Origin: Neovahlkampfia damariscottae | Taxonomy: Eukaryota | DNA: 64,000 bases | NCBI GenBank assembly: GCA_016618085.1 | Contig: JABLTG010000027.1 | Location: 1 to 64,000, forward strand | Direction of reading: 5' to 3' | Part shown: one piece after another, positions 24,175-35,980 of the stretch | How the letters are laid out: every line of letters starts with the position of its first letter | Numbering within the stretch: position 1 is the first letter of the stretch | Notes under the pieces: model-generated | What the model saw: the letters and a program-made list of their open reading frames with translations, nothing else | Told to the model about the DNA's origin: nothing | Databases searched by the model: none | Translations under genes and position numbers: made by a program

Positions 24175-24328
24175 TCTAAAAATAACTAAATTTGAACCAA
24201 TCACAAATTAATGGAGCAGCATTACAATTGAAGCGGTTAAAAACACTGATGAGTGTTTCAGCACAGTTTAACACAAATCAACAACGGTGAATTGATTCCA
24301 AAAAGAAAAAAAGAAAAATAGATGTACC

Positions 24329-24730
24329 ATGAAGAAGAGAAACCAGAAGAACAAAGGAACATTAATAAAGTTCAGTAAGAAATTATTTGGTTTCAAAACC
24401 AAAAGGAGACATGGAAAAGAGTTTAATGTTGCTTTAGCTCATGTTTGCAGAATAATTGAGACCAAATGGAAAGATAGCTGGTCAGAATTCAAGACTGTAG
24501 AATTTTGGCACCCTTTCTTCATTATCTGCACCTTTAGAAAAAAAATACCAACAAATAAACAAACATCAATAAACGTTGGATATCCAATCATGGAAGAATA
24601 CAACAAACTTCTCAGAGACGCAAACTTCCAACCTTTGAACCAAAAGCTCCTCAAATTGAATCCACAAATCACAGCAAAAGTGGAAGAACAAAAAGAAAGA
24701 GAAAATTTGAACCAAATTGATAAAAATTAA
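24329..24730 (+). CDS. Hypothetical basic protein
   Basis: 133-aa ORF with coding-like composition, divergent from the MICAL-like gene. No motif recognised. Confidence 0.5.
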   Translation: MKKRNQKNKGTLIKFSKKLFGFKTKRRHGKEFNVALAHVCRIIETKWKDSWSEFKTVEFWHPFFIICTFRKKIPTNKQTSINVGYPIMEEYNKLLRDANFQPLNQKLLKLNPQITAKVEEQKERENLNQIDKN

Positions 24731-24818
24731 ATTCTTGCATTTTTTGATAATTTTTTAGCTACTGCTCCAATATTGAAATTATTTATTTGTTCCAATTAAA
24801 TTCAATGGAATTATCTTT

Positions 24819-26151
24819 TTACAAAATTTCAGAAGTGTTCATATCAAAAATACTACGCATTAATGTTGAAGAACATAACACAATATTTCTATTCCCACAC
24901 CAAGATTGATTCAATTCCATACATTTATCATAATATTTTATTGCTTCTTGTAAATTCCCCTGAATATGATAAGCAATACCAATTCGATAATAAAACCAAT
25001 CAACTGAATTATCCAAATCAACACAACTAAAGAAATGAAAAAAAAAAATCAATTTTACATTAAAAAGTCATCAATGGCTTCATTCAATTTATTCAATTGA
25101 AAATACGAATAACCTCTCCAATAAAATTTCCAAGGTGATATTTCTCTTGATGACATTTTTTCAATTGCCCTTGAAAAGTCATCAATACTTTCTGAATATT
25201 TTTCTAAATGAAAATACCAATAACCTCTTTGAAACCAATTTCCAGCAGATTCTAAAATTTCATGTTGTTTTAGTGGTTTAATTTTTTATTTTACCTGGAT
25301 CAAATAAAATAGCCATTTCCAAATCTTTCAAACCTAACTCAGTTTCATCTCTTTCAAAATATATTGAACCCCTACTCCTGTAAGAAATAGATAATGCCAT
25401 TTTGTCATCAATCACTGCTAGTAATTTTGAGACATCAATGGCGAATGTGAAATAAGAAAATGATGATTCAACATCTTTCAATTTATGACGATAAGTGAAT
25501 GCAATTTCATAATATCCACCAATATAATAGGGATCCAATTTAATAGCTTCATTACAATATTTTAATGAATTTTCGTATGACTCCATTGCATTATAACAAG
25601 CAGCTAAACTAATATACACTTTCACATATTTTAAACATAAATTTGAATGAATTTACCTGTTGGAAAATTTGGATTTATTTCAATTGATTTCATTCCGTAG
25701 ATTAACCCTTCTTCAAATTTTTTAAAAATACAACATAAATCACAATAATCAAAGTACAATAATGAATTATTTGGGTTGTATTTTAATGACTCTTTGAAAT
25801 CATTTTCGCATAATTCATATTCATATGTATCGAAATAAACACATCCTCGTTGGTGGAGATAATAACCAACTTCTGATTTTTCAGTGGCGGAGTATAGTTT
25901 TGAGGTATAAAAATCTATCAATTTTGATGGGTTTTCCATTGTGTATTTTTGGTCTGGTGATGTAGATTTTAACTCGAAAAAATAATTTCCATTAGCATGA
26001 CTTCGTGATTCTTTGATTCTAAATTGTGTTTCTCCATAATTTGGTTTTAAATGAGTTTTCTGAAAATATTGTTAATTTCTGGTGAAAATAATACTAATGG
26101 TTGAAGTTGTGAAACTACATCTTCAATTGCTTTGAGGTCAGGCAACTTCAT
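24819..26151 (-). CDS. TPR-repeat protein (multi-exon)
   Basis: TPR consensus in ORFs 25631-25939, 25278-25625 and 24819-25052. Start codon is tentative. Confidence 0.8.
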
Positions 26152-26456
26152 TTTTTCTTTTTCTTTTGGGAAAAGCTGATTGGTCAGTCGGAATAGAAAA
26201 AGAAATACAAACAACATCAAGCAGCAAACTTTTTGAGCGAACCGATTTGAAATTAAGGCTTAAATATGGGACAAGGAAATTCACATTTCAAAACATGGAA
26301 ATTTCAATTGTGATCGGAGAAAAAAAACAGGAGGTATAAGTTATGCACTTTAAAGAAATAAAGGTCACTCAAAAAATAAACAAGTTGGAACAAGAAATTG
26401 GAAAAAGAAAGGAAAATAAATAACTCTTGTTTCGTCCAATCACATCACTTTGAAAC

Positions 26457-27791
26457 ATGTTTTGTTTCAAAAACCTCACCAAAAAGTGTAAAACTTTCTT
26501 TCAAAGAAGAACTAATTCAACATATGACCACAAAATAACCAAATCTACAAACCCGATGGTTCAAGACTTTGGCATAGGTTTGATTTGTCTGTCACTAGGT
26601 ATACCTGTTTTAGCGTTAAATGAAAGAAGAAGTCATAAGCAAACAAAATTGAGAATTGCTTCAGAAAAAATGACAAAAGAAATAGATTGTGAAGATGAAA
26701 CTGAAATCGAAGAAAACCAAAAAAAAATAATTCACACACAAGGACATCTTGATTTGACAGACCAAGAAATATCAAAACCAAAAGATGAATTATTTGGTAT
26801 AACCAAAACATCAATACCAAAAGCTTTAAAAATTAAATTATGGGTGTCGATGTATCAATGGGTGGAACATCGATCAACAACTACTAAAACCGATAGTAAT
26901 GGAAAAGAAGTTGAAGTAGTCAGTTATACATACACCAAAGAATGGAAAATATCTCATCAAAAATTTAAATCTACTTCTTTTGAAAGACCTCCTTTAAATC
27001 CAGAATTTCCTATTGGTCTGGAAGGTGGAAGACATGATTCAGATGCAAATATCAGTTTGGGAAAAATACCAATTTCAGAAATATTTAAAAAAGAATATCC
27101 AAATGATTTTACTGAATTACCTTTGAAAGAGGCGAATATTGAAGATGAAAATCGATTTGGAATGAAAAAACTTGAAAGTGGATTTTACTCAGGTTCTGGA
27201 AGTTTATCATCACCAAATATCGGTGATATCCATATTAAAGTTTCTTATGTTCCTGAAGGTGATTATACTGGAATTGGTGAATTAGATGAATCAGGGTTGA
27301 CTTTTCACAAAGGGAAATTACAAAAGAATTTAAGAGATGAAGGTGAAATTAAAATTCCACAAAAAGAAATCAATGATTTATTCACTGCATCTGGAATTAG
27401 AGGAGAAAAAGATGCATTATCAGGAAATGAATCATCAAAAGAAAAGAAGAAATTTCAATTTTTCATTCCAAATTCAATGATTGAAACTGCAGAAAAATTT
27501 CTTTTATCAATGGCTCCTTTACAAGTTGGATATTTGAAAAAAGGTTTTCATTCTAAAAAGAATATGTATGATTTTATTAAAAAGAAGGACGAAGAGACAA
27601 ATAACTATGTTATTGCCATTGGATTTTTTATAATTTACGTTGGATGTCATTCAATTTTAGGTCCTGTGGGCAAAGTTGCGAAATTTTTTCCAAAAGGAAA
27701 GGATATGATGATAGCTTCTGCTCTGGGATCTGCTGCTTCGATTTCTTATGCAACAATTGAAATGAATAAAGTTGAAGACGAAAAAGATTGA
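26457..27791 (+). CDS. TMEM43/LUMA (DUF1625)-like membrane protein
   Basis: LALNERR after a TM segment, DELFGI, VSMYQWVE, YTYTKEW, PNIGDIHI and C-terminal TM helices. Confidence 0.8.
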   Translation: MFCFKNLTKKCKTFFQRRTNSTYDHKITKSTNPMVQDFGIGLICLSLGIPVLALNERRSHKQTKLRIASEKMTKEIDCEDETEIEENQKKIIHTQGHLDLTDQEISKPKDELFGITKTSIPKALKIKLWVSMYQWVEHRSTTTKTDSNGKEVEVVSYTYTKEWKISHQKFKSTSFERPPLNPEFPIGLEGGRHDSDANISLGKIPISEIFKKEYPNDFTELPLKEANIEDENRFGMKKLESGFYSGSGSLSSPNIGDIHIKVSYVPEGDYTGIGELDESGLTFHKGKLQKNLRDEGEIKIPQKEINDLFTASGIRGEKDALSGNESSKEKKKFQFFIPNSMIETAEKFLLSMAPLQVGYLKKGFHSKKNMYDFIKKKDEETNNYVIAIGFFIIYVGCHSILGPVGKVAKFFPKGKDMMIASALGSAASISYATIEMNKVEDEKD

Positions 27792-28386
27792 TTAAAAAAT
27801 ATGTTCTTTGTTTCCAGAAAACAAAATGGTTCGATTCCCGTGATGAGTTTTTTCCACAGGTTCTATTGCATCGTCCTTCTTGTTGCTATTTTTAGTTTTA
27901 AGTTCTTGTTTCCAATTTCCAGTTTTCTTTCAACTTTAAACTATTTTTAGATTTTTTGAAATCAGAATCCAATAGGATCACTTCGGAAGTTCAAATTGCC
28001 ACCTATAAATTGAAGTTTCAATTTCAAGTTTTGACAAAAAAAAAACAACCAAAATGTCAGCAACTGAATTGATCAAAACAGCAAAATACATAAATCATAT
28101 AAAAACAATGAAATACTACTTCAACAAAAAAAAAGAACTCCAACACCTGACTGGAAACAATATTAGACTTCCAATAGACTTTACAGAAGATTTCATGCTT
28201 ACACAAGAAAACTTTAAAAATCATTCAAATTCATCCAAAAGAATTTCCTGAGTACAGCACTGCCATGACGAAAAACATCAACCTTTTGTACAATAAAAAT
28301 TTGGGATATTTATTTCATTTAAAAACTCTTTAGTTCTCCTCCACCCATGCAAATAAATTGAAGAAAACAATTTTTATTGGCTAAAC

Positions 28387-28906
28387 TTGAGTTGGCTTCA
28401 TCCAAAAATCTCTGCTGAAAAAATTACAGAAGAAATAAAAACCACAGATTACATTGAAACATTTCAAGAAGAAGGAAATGTGACAGATAATATCTTTGAA
28501 TTTATCCAACAATTAGAAGATGATGAAGAAACAACTTATAAAAAAAAAGACGAAATAAAAAAAGAAATTCCTGAAAAAAAAGAGGAAAAAAAAGAACATA
28601 TACTAACAGTAGAAATGTGGTAAGGATATTTCATTCTTAAAAATAATTAGTACTATGTGAGGATATGGTTGGTACTACTATCTTTTAGAATCAGAATTAA
28701 CAGCAAGAGGAGTATCTGTTGAACTTGAAATTTCAGAAAATAGACCAAGAGGAGGATTTGGTAAATAAAATAGTTACTCAATTTAAACACCTTTAGAAGT
28801 TTATGATTCAAATGGAAATTTGCTATTTTCAAAATTAAAAGAAATGAATTTTCCATCAGTTAGTGATTATGATAAAATAGCAGACTACTTGAACAATAGA
28901 TACTAA
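28387..28906 (+). CDS. Rdx-family (SelW/SelT/SelH-like) selenoprotein; 5' end unresolved (may extend to 28265 or 28054)
   Basis: Splicing introns 28620-28650 and 28761-28796 gives HILTVEMC-T-M-U(TGA 28658-28660)-GYGWYYYLLESEL..RPRGGFEVYDSNGNLLFSKLKEMNFP..*. This has the CxxU motif and the GxFEV..G.L.FSKL..FP Rdx signature. A SECIS follows. Confidence 0.9.
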
Positions 28907-28996
28907 AAAAATATTTCAAAGGAATGAATGAAATCAATTTTTGAAATCCTTTTCGTTAGGAAAAAGTTGATTGAAAATTTCAAAAAAGTATTTTTT
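28905..28996 (+). promoter_or_regulatory. Eukaryotic type II SECIS element
   Basis: ATGAA core (28928-28932); helix II ATCAATTTTT(28933-42)/AAAAGTTGAT(28962-71); unpaired AAA (28944-46); apical mini-stem TCCT/AGGA; 3' TGAA (28972-75); possible helix I AAAAATATTT/AAGTATTTTT. Confidence 0.88.
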
Positions 28997-29135
28997 TTTT
29001 TTAAATAATGGCAACTCTTGTAAAATTCAATAATCTAAATAATTCTATAAGATATTACGATATGGATAGCATTTTCTTTCTGACTTCAATTTCATTTTGT
29101 AGGAGTTGAACCAATAGGTACTCATCATTCAAAAC

Positions 29136-29579
29136 ATGACAAGAATTGGATTTGACATAGGAGGAGTGATTGTTGACACAAGTACTCGAGAACCATATGA
29201 AGGAGCATTAATGTCAATTAAATTAGCTGTAGAAAAATATGGAGCAGAGAACATTTTTGTTGTTTCCAAAGCTAAAAATTTTTGGATAAAACAAAACCTG
29301 GAATTATTTGAAAAACTTAATTTCTATGAAATCACTGGAATGAAAAAAGAAAACATCTATTTTGTCGATGAATTCAAAGATAAAAAAGAAAAATGTCTTC
29401 AGTTGGGCATTAATTTTATGATTGATGATGAAGCCAAAGTTATTAGGAGTTGTTTGGAATCAAAAGTTATAACTCCAATTTGGTATGAACGTTCAAAAGA
29501 AGAATGTTTTGATGAACGAATAGTTCCTTGTAAATCATGGACCTCAATACGAAAATTTTTAAACAAAACAAAGAAATAA
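29136..29579 (+). CDS. Small capless HAD-superfamily protein
   Basis: RIGFDIGGVI (motif I variant), FVVSK, K..KC..LGINFMIDD (motif IV). Intronless. Confidence 0.75.
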   Translation: MTRIGFDIGGVIVDTSTREPYEGALMSIKLAVEKYGAENIFVVSKAKNFWIKQNLELFEKLNFYEITGMKKENIYFVDEFKDKKEKCLQLGINFMIDDEAKVIRSCLESKVITPIWYERSKEECFDERIVPCKSWTSIRKFLNKTKK

Positions 29580-29821
29580 ATTTATTTTCTTTTTTCAACG
29601 ATTACTTTTTCCATGTTTCTTAACTGAGCATTTCTCGTCCGACAATAGAAAAAGAAGAAAGTGTAACTTCTTAATTTAGTTTTTATTCCGATTGATGAAT
29701 GATCTTCTCCACTCAATTTTCAGCGGAGAAATTTTTCAAACGTTTAAATTGTCTGAATAAGGAAATCTAAAAATAATTTTTGGAAAAAGAAAATACCAAT
29801 TCTGATGGACCAATTGCAATC

Positions 29822-30308
29822 ATGGATTTTACTGGTTGCTTGGAACCAAACATCATTGTAGCTCCACCTTCATTCCCTGTTATGACGCTATATGATAAAG
29901 AAAAACCATTTTTGAAGCTGACCAACTGTTCAGAAACCAAATCAACAAAAACCATGCCTACATTAACAAAAGAATTTCTCATTAAAGAAGATGCATTAAC
30001 TTTAAGCTCAAATGTGTATACTACAATACTGCCAAAAGCAGAGGACCCAAATAAATTATTGATGCCAACTCCAAAATTGACGACATTAACTCCGATGTTT
30101 TCCATTCAACATCAAAGTGGAATCAAAAGTAATCAGAGAATTTCTAACTAATTATTTCAAAGGTGGGCATTGGTCAGACGCTGAGCATCAGTTATTTCTG
30201 AAAGGATATGAGAAATATGGACGTCAGTGGTCAAAAATTGCACGAGAATTTGTAAGAACAAGAACTAGAGTTCAAGTTATATCGCATGCACAACAATACT
30301 TTAAATGA
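29822..30308 (+). CDS. SHAQKYF-class Myb transcription factor
   Basis: Intron 30129-30162 joins the two ORFs. GHWSDAEHQLFLKGYEKYGRQWSKIA..TRTRVQVISHAQQYF. Confidence 0.88.
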
Positions 30309-30424
30309 AAAGTAAGGTAACACAGTTTTATGTGAAAATAGAAATTCACATTGTCTGTTGTTTCATCATTCACATCTTGTAAAAATAAATGTTCAAAAAC
30401 GACCTAAAATTATTCAATTCTATT

Positions 30425-31338
30425 TTATTGTTCTTTATGAATATGGTAAACAGAACCTTGACAAGTTGGAAATACAACCAGGTCAGCAATTTGAACTCTT
30501 TCCGGAACTGATGCAACATAAAGAATATTATCAGCAACATCTTGAGCTTGAAGTGCTTCCATACCCTAAAATAAAGATATTAATGACTCATAGTTTCTTT
30601 ACTTTATAAACAGATTTTGCTTTTTCTTCATCACCTTGAAATCTAACGACAGAAAAATTTGTTTCAACTAAACCAGGTGAAATATGTGATACTCTAACTT
30701 TTGTTGATACTAATTCCATCCTCATTGAGTTTGTATAACCACGAACGGCGAATTTTGAACTGTTATAAATACTTCCTTTTGGATAACTCTCATGTCCAGC
30801 TATTGAACCAACATTGATAATTTGACCTGAATTTCTTTTAACCATATCTGGTACAAAAAGATTACACATAATTACTACACCCATGAAATTTACACCCATG
30901 ACAGATTCAACATCTTCCTAAAAAATAAATTTTGTTTTTGGTTTACGAGATTTTCTTGATAAGATAAATTTATACCACTTGAAAACCCAGCATTGTTAAT
31001 TAAAATGTCAATAGTTTCAAATTCTTTTGGTAAGTTCTTTTTTAAACTTTCACACTCTTCTTTTTTGGAGACATCACATTTTGCGATGTGGATATTGACT
31101 TCTAGTATGTTTTGTTTTATAAATTAATTTGTAAATTACTTGATTTTGATTCAATTTCTTCTTTTATTTTTTTTAACTTGTCTTCACTTCTGGCTACAAG
31201 TACCAAATTTGATTTTTCTTCTGCAAACAAAAAAGCTGCTGCTTTTCCAATTCCTTCAGATGCTCCTGTTCTTGACATATTTTAAATCAATTCTTCATTC
31301 ACTTACATCAACACATTTTTACCTTCTAATCTTCCCAT
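30425..31338 (-). CDS. Short-chain dehydrogenase/reductase (YdfG/YMR226C-like)
   Basis: TGASEGIG, ILINNAG, NVGSIAG..YNSSKFAV, ISPGLVETNFSVVRF. Confidence 0.9.
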
Positions 31339-31388
31339 TTCAATGGCCAATCAAAAGCTCATGAAGTTTCCAAAATTTAAACAAAAAT

Positions 31389-33451
31389 TTATTCTAATTT
31401 TCTCTTCTTTTTTGGAAAAAAAATGTCTTCTTCTGATTCCAATTCTCTTTTACTTTTTTCCAACAATTGAATCAAATCTTGAGTTACAGGGATTTCATCA
31501 AGTGGAAGAGTCTCTGTTGGTGTGACTTTTTTTCTTGAAAAGAATACATCTTCAAGATTCTCTTCATTCAAATTTTTCTTATCTTCAATGATTTTCATCA
31601 AATCTTGAGTGGGGAATTCTTCTTCTTTGATTGTCTTTTTTGCAATAGGTTTTTTGAAAAAGAAGTTTTCATTGTTCACAATTTTAGACTTTTCTTCTTC
31701 TAATAATTTGATCAAATCTTTCGTGTTTTGAGGAAAATCATTATCTTCAGTTTCCTCTTTTTTAATTTTCGTTTTTTTTTTGGTTGAAAAGAATAATTCT
31801 TCAGTATCTTTTTTATTCATTTCTTTTTTTGACAATTCAATCAATTGAACTAAATCCTGAGTAACTGGCATATCTTTCTCCAAATCATTTTTGATTGGTG
31901 ATTCCAATTTGATTTCAGTTTTTTCTGGAATTTCTTTTTTCAATTTTTCTTCAAAATCTTCTTTGTTGAATGTTTGGATTTTCATTGTTTCAATTTTCCA
32001 TTCATTTGTTTCTTCAAATTGAATTTTATACATTAACAAACTCAAATAAATATGTTCACAATCAAACAGTTCATTATTTGTACAAGTACAAACAGATTTC
32101 TCATACTTTTCATTTTTAACTAAAATTTCTTGAAGATACTGGTTCTTATTAAAATTTGAATAAATTTTGAATGATTGTTCTTCTTGGTTCAATAATTTAA
32201 TTCTTGAAATGGTTATCAAATTGGATGAAAAATACTCATCCAAATTTTTCAATAAATCATAGATTGAAATATTTAAATTTGGATATTTTTTGAGAAATCC
32301 TTTGAAAATCAATTTTGTTTCAAAAAAATTAAAATTTTCGTCATTTTCCTCTTTGTTCAAATAATTTTTGAACTGGTGTATTTTTGATTTATGTAATACA
32401 ATTCCAAACTCTTGATTTTTTAAAAAATTATTTTCATAGAAACTCTTTTCATTTGTCGATAAAAGTTCTTCAAATAAAACGAACTTTTTCGATTTTTTTT
32501 CATTTAAATATTTAATTTTAAAATAAAAAGAAGGTATCAAGGTGTTGTTATTTTGAATTTTTTTGAAATTTAATTCATTAGCAGTTGAAATACCTATCTT
32601 TTTAAATTTTTCATTTTTTGTGATCCAAAGTGAATCAATTAAATGAATTGAGTGTAAATACAAACAACAAATAATGGATTCTCTATTTTTATGATAATAA
32701 ATTGGAAAATTCAAATTCAATTTTTTTAAACAATGAAGGATTCCATTCATCAAATTTGTTCTATTTTTTGTTAGAAAAAAAAAATTCAAGTAATACATGG
32801 AATTTAATTTAAATTTTTTAAGAATTTCAATTTCATCAATAAAGAATATAATTCTAGATTCTTCTTTATTTTTTGAATAAAATTCATTCAAAAAATTAAC
32901 TAATAAATCAGCATCTTGGAATTTTATTTTTTTGTTCTCCAAAATAAGAAATAAATGAATATCAATAAATAAACCCTTTTTAGTTAATTAAATTTTCTTT
33001 TTACTTTGTTGATCATTTCCTTTTCGTTTTTTTTCAGTTCAATTGGAAGCTCGACTTCAAAATATTTCTCTTTTGGGATCTCTTCTGATAATTCAATGGA
33101 AGAGAAGTATTTCTCTTTTTCAATTTTTTCTAAAATGGATTCACTCAATAAAAATTCATTCATCCAAATCAACTTTTCTTTTGAAGCTTGAAAAAAAAAA
33201 ATTTTAAATTTTTCTTTAAAATTTTTTTGTAATTCTTTGATAAAATTAAAGTCCTCTGTGGAAACAATTATTTTCTTATTTTTTTCTAAGAATTTTAAAA
33301 CTCTCTTTTTTTTTAAGTGAAGAGATAATTTATCAATTTCGTTATGATCAAAAAAATGAAAATTCTCTTTAAAGAATTTATCAAAATATTTTCTTTTGTA
33401 TGAAGTTTTTATGGTTGAAAAAAAACAAATGATTTGTTTTTTTTTGTCCAT
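31389..33451 (-). CDS. SWIM zinc-finger protein with C-terminal TQDL..FF repeats (multi-exon)
   Basis: CTC..DCEHI SWIM-like motif, four imperfect C-terminal repeats and a terminal NLS PKKKRK. Joining to ORF 32984-33451 is tentative. Confidence 0.6.
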
Positions 33452-33511
33452 TTTGACAATTACAAAACTTGTGATTGGATAAAAAGACCAATGATTTAAA
33501 CACTCAAATTT

Positions 33512-35924
33512 TTATTTAAATGCATATATTTCAACAGAATAAATCATGAAAGAATTAGTATCACATAATGGTTCATTATCAAAAGTTTGACATTTCTCAC
33601 TATTTCCCATCAACAATTCGTCATCAATGTACAATCCAGTTTTACCATCTATTCCACCACCAAACATTAAACAATCTTCTTTTCCAATCATATAATAATC
33701 ATTTTTTTTTGTCCATTTGTAACATTTTTGTTCAGGCTTCAAAGTGAAGAGAAATGTGTCCGCAGATCCCTGATATGATGATAAAATCTCAAAAGGTTCA
33801 TTTGCAAATGCACCAAATATCTATTAAATTTAGGTTTAAAATTCATTTTTTTGTTTACTTTTGTCTCATTTTTATCATTTTTTTGATTTTCTTTCAATAG
33901 TTCTTTGTTGATTTCTCCTTTGATACTTGTCGCAGAAATCAAAAGAATTAATGGTGATTCTAATTCTTGAATGGTTTTATAAATTGTAGTTAAATTATAT
34001 CCATCTGTTTTGGTTGAAAAGACTTTGTAAATTGTTTGCATTTTTTGTTTATTTGGTAACCAGGACCATAAAATCTCTAATTGATTTTCATTTTCTATAA
34101 TATTAGAAACATGTTCAATTTTTGGTCGAGTATAAACAAAATTCAATCTTTTGATTTTCGTTAAATAATTCTCAATTTTTTCTGAATTTTGTGCATCAAA
34201 ACTTTTCAATTTGTTTTTAGTCAATGCAGTGTTGATAACAGAATTGAAAATTTCCGATTCATCAAATGCATTAAATTTCATCATTTCTTGCTCAAATAAT
34301 AATTTCAAATCATCCAATGAATTACATTTTAAGATTTCGACTTCCAATTTTTTCAAGACTGCAATCATCAGTTTAATAAATGATTTCATTCCTTGTTTTA
34401 TAAAAACATCCATTAAATGAGTAATTATCTAAAAGTATAAAAAAATTCAATTCTTACATCAAAAGGAAGATGTTCGAAGAAGAAATGGTCAATTAATTCT
34501 TGAGTAAATACAGTAACATGAAATTTTAAATGTTGAAAAACATTCCAAATTTTTGGTAATTGTTGATGAATTGAATCTTTTGTTGCTTGTAAAAATAATA
34601 AATGTGATTTTAAATTCTTTTTGAAAAATTTTTCATTTTTTACAGATTTCAAAAATAATGAATTCAAAATAGTGAAACAATCTTCTTCTTGTACAAAACA
34701 TAATAAATGTGATATAAAATTGATCACAAATGGAGCATATTCAATTTGTGGGTATTTAAATCCTAAAACACACAACACTCGTTTCAATGCATTTTTCCCA
34801 GATTCATTTAAATAATTTTTCTTTGATAATTTCCCTCCAAAAGTTGCATAGATTGTAGGTTTGATATTTTCAATTTTCAAATCATTTTGTTTATAATATG
34901 TAGAGAATACTTTTTTAATTTCTTTTTCATAATTTTCTTTTGATGTTTTTTCATCCATACCAGACATTATGAAATAGATTTCTCTACGAAATTCTCCATG
35001 AATACCTAACATTAGTAATTGTTTTAACACTGTTTTTTCATTGGATAGTAATTTCTTTGGCACATCAATTCTCATCCAAGCAATTCTTTAAAAAGGGAAT
35101 TTAAAATCTGTTTTTTTTTTTTTACTTTCTCATTTCTTCCGGTTTTGTTCTAATATGTTCTGTGATTGGTAGTTCTTCATTTATTACATTATTTGTTATT
35201 TCTTTATAGTATTCAGTTGATTCACTTATAATCTCATCTAAATTTATAATTGGTGAAATTAAAACAAAATCTTCATCTTTTGCTTCATAAAATTCATCAA
35301 TGAAAATAAAATCATCATCTCCTTTTCTGTATTCATGATGTCTTTCCAATAAAATTTTAATTGTTGGATGGTTTGGATTCTTTGCTCTTTTGAATGGAAA
35401 TTCATCTTTTTTTCTTAATCTGATGTATCCATGATAACCAATATCATAATAACGTATTGAAGAATTTGATTCTTCTTCATTATCTGAAATTAAACTGAAT
35501 TGTTCATCCAAATGTTTGTTGAATTGAGAATCATCTGTAAAACTCATAGGTATTTCTTGAAGTAAATTTTCATAAACTGATTCTCTGTGGAAGTGTTAAA
35601 AAGAGTACAATTGTTATACCTTTGAATGTAAAATTTTAAAACTGAATCTTCAGGTAATTGAAGTACAGTTGAATCTATAAGAGGTAAAAATCTATTTTTT
35701 TTTTAATATTAATTTTCTTTGTTTTACTTGTCTTTCATTTGGTCATAGTATTCGATTTTTTTTGTTGGATTAAATTTTGCCAACCATTTGTCATCATCAT
35801 TTATCAGTTTTGAAATGTTTTTCAAATTTATTTCACTATTTGAGAAATATTCTGATGGTGTTGTTATTATTTTTGCATTTGTTGCATTTTCTTCGTAGTA
35901 CTTGATCACTACAAATTTGGACAT
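33512..35924 (-). CDS. TBC + TLDc protein (TBC1D24-like)
   Basis: LKQLLMLGIHGEFRREIY, YAP..LLCFVQEEDCF (TBC). FSTKTDGYNL, FGAF, GLYIDDELLMGNSEKCQTFDNEPL (TLDc). Confidence 0.85.
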
Positions 35925-35980
35925 TGTTTTGGAAAGTAATTAACCAATAGCACTTAAATACTTCTTCCAAACGTTGAAGA

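Noticed and set aside
24241..24258. Inverted repeat AAACACT/AGTGTTT overlapping a TGATGA C-box-like motif
   Set aside because: Too short for this AT content, and no convincing D box or guide, so there is no snoRNA support.
30300..30320. UGA readthrough at the end of the Myb gene
   Set aside because: Only three codons follow before TAA, with no redox motif and no evident SECIS.
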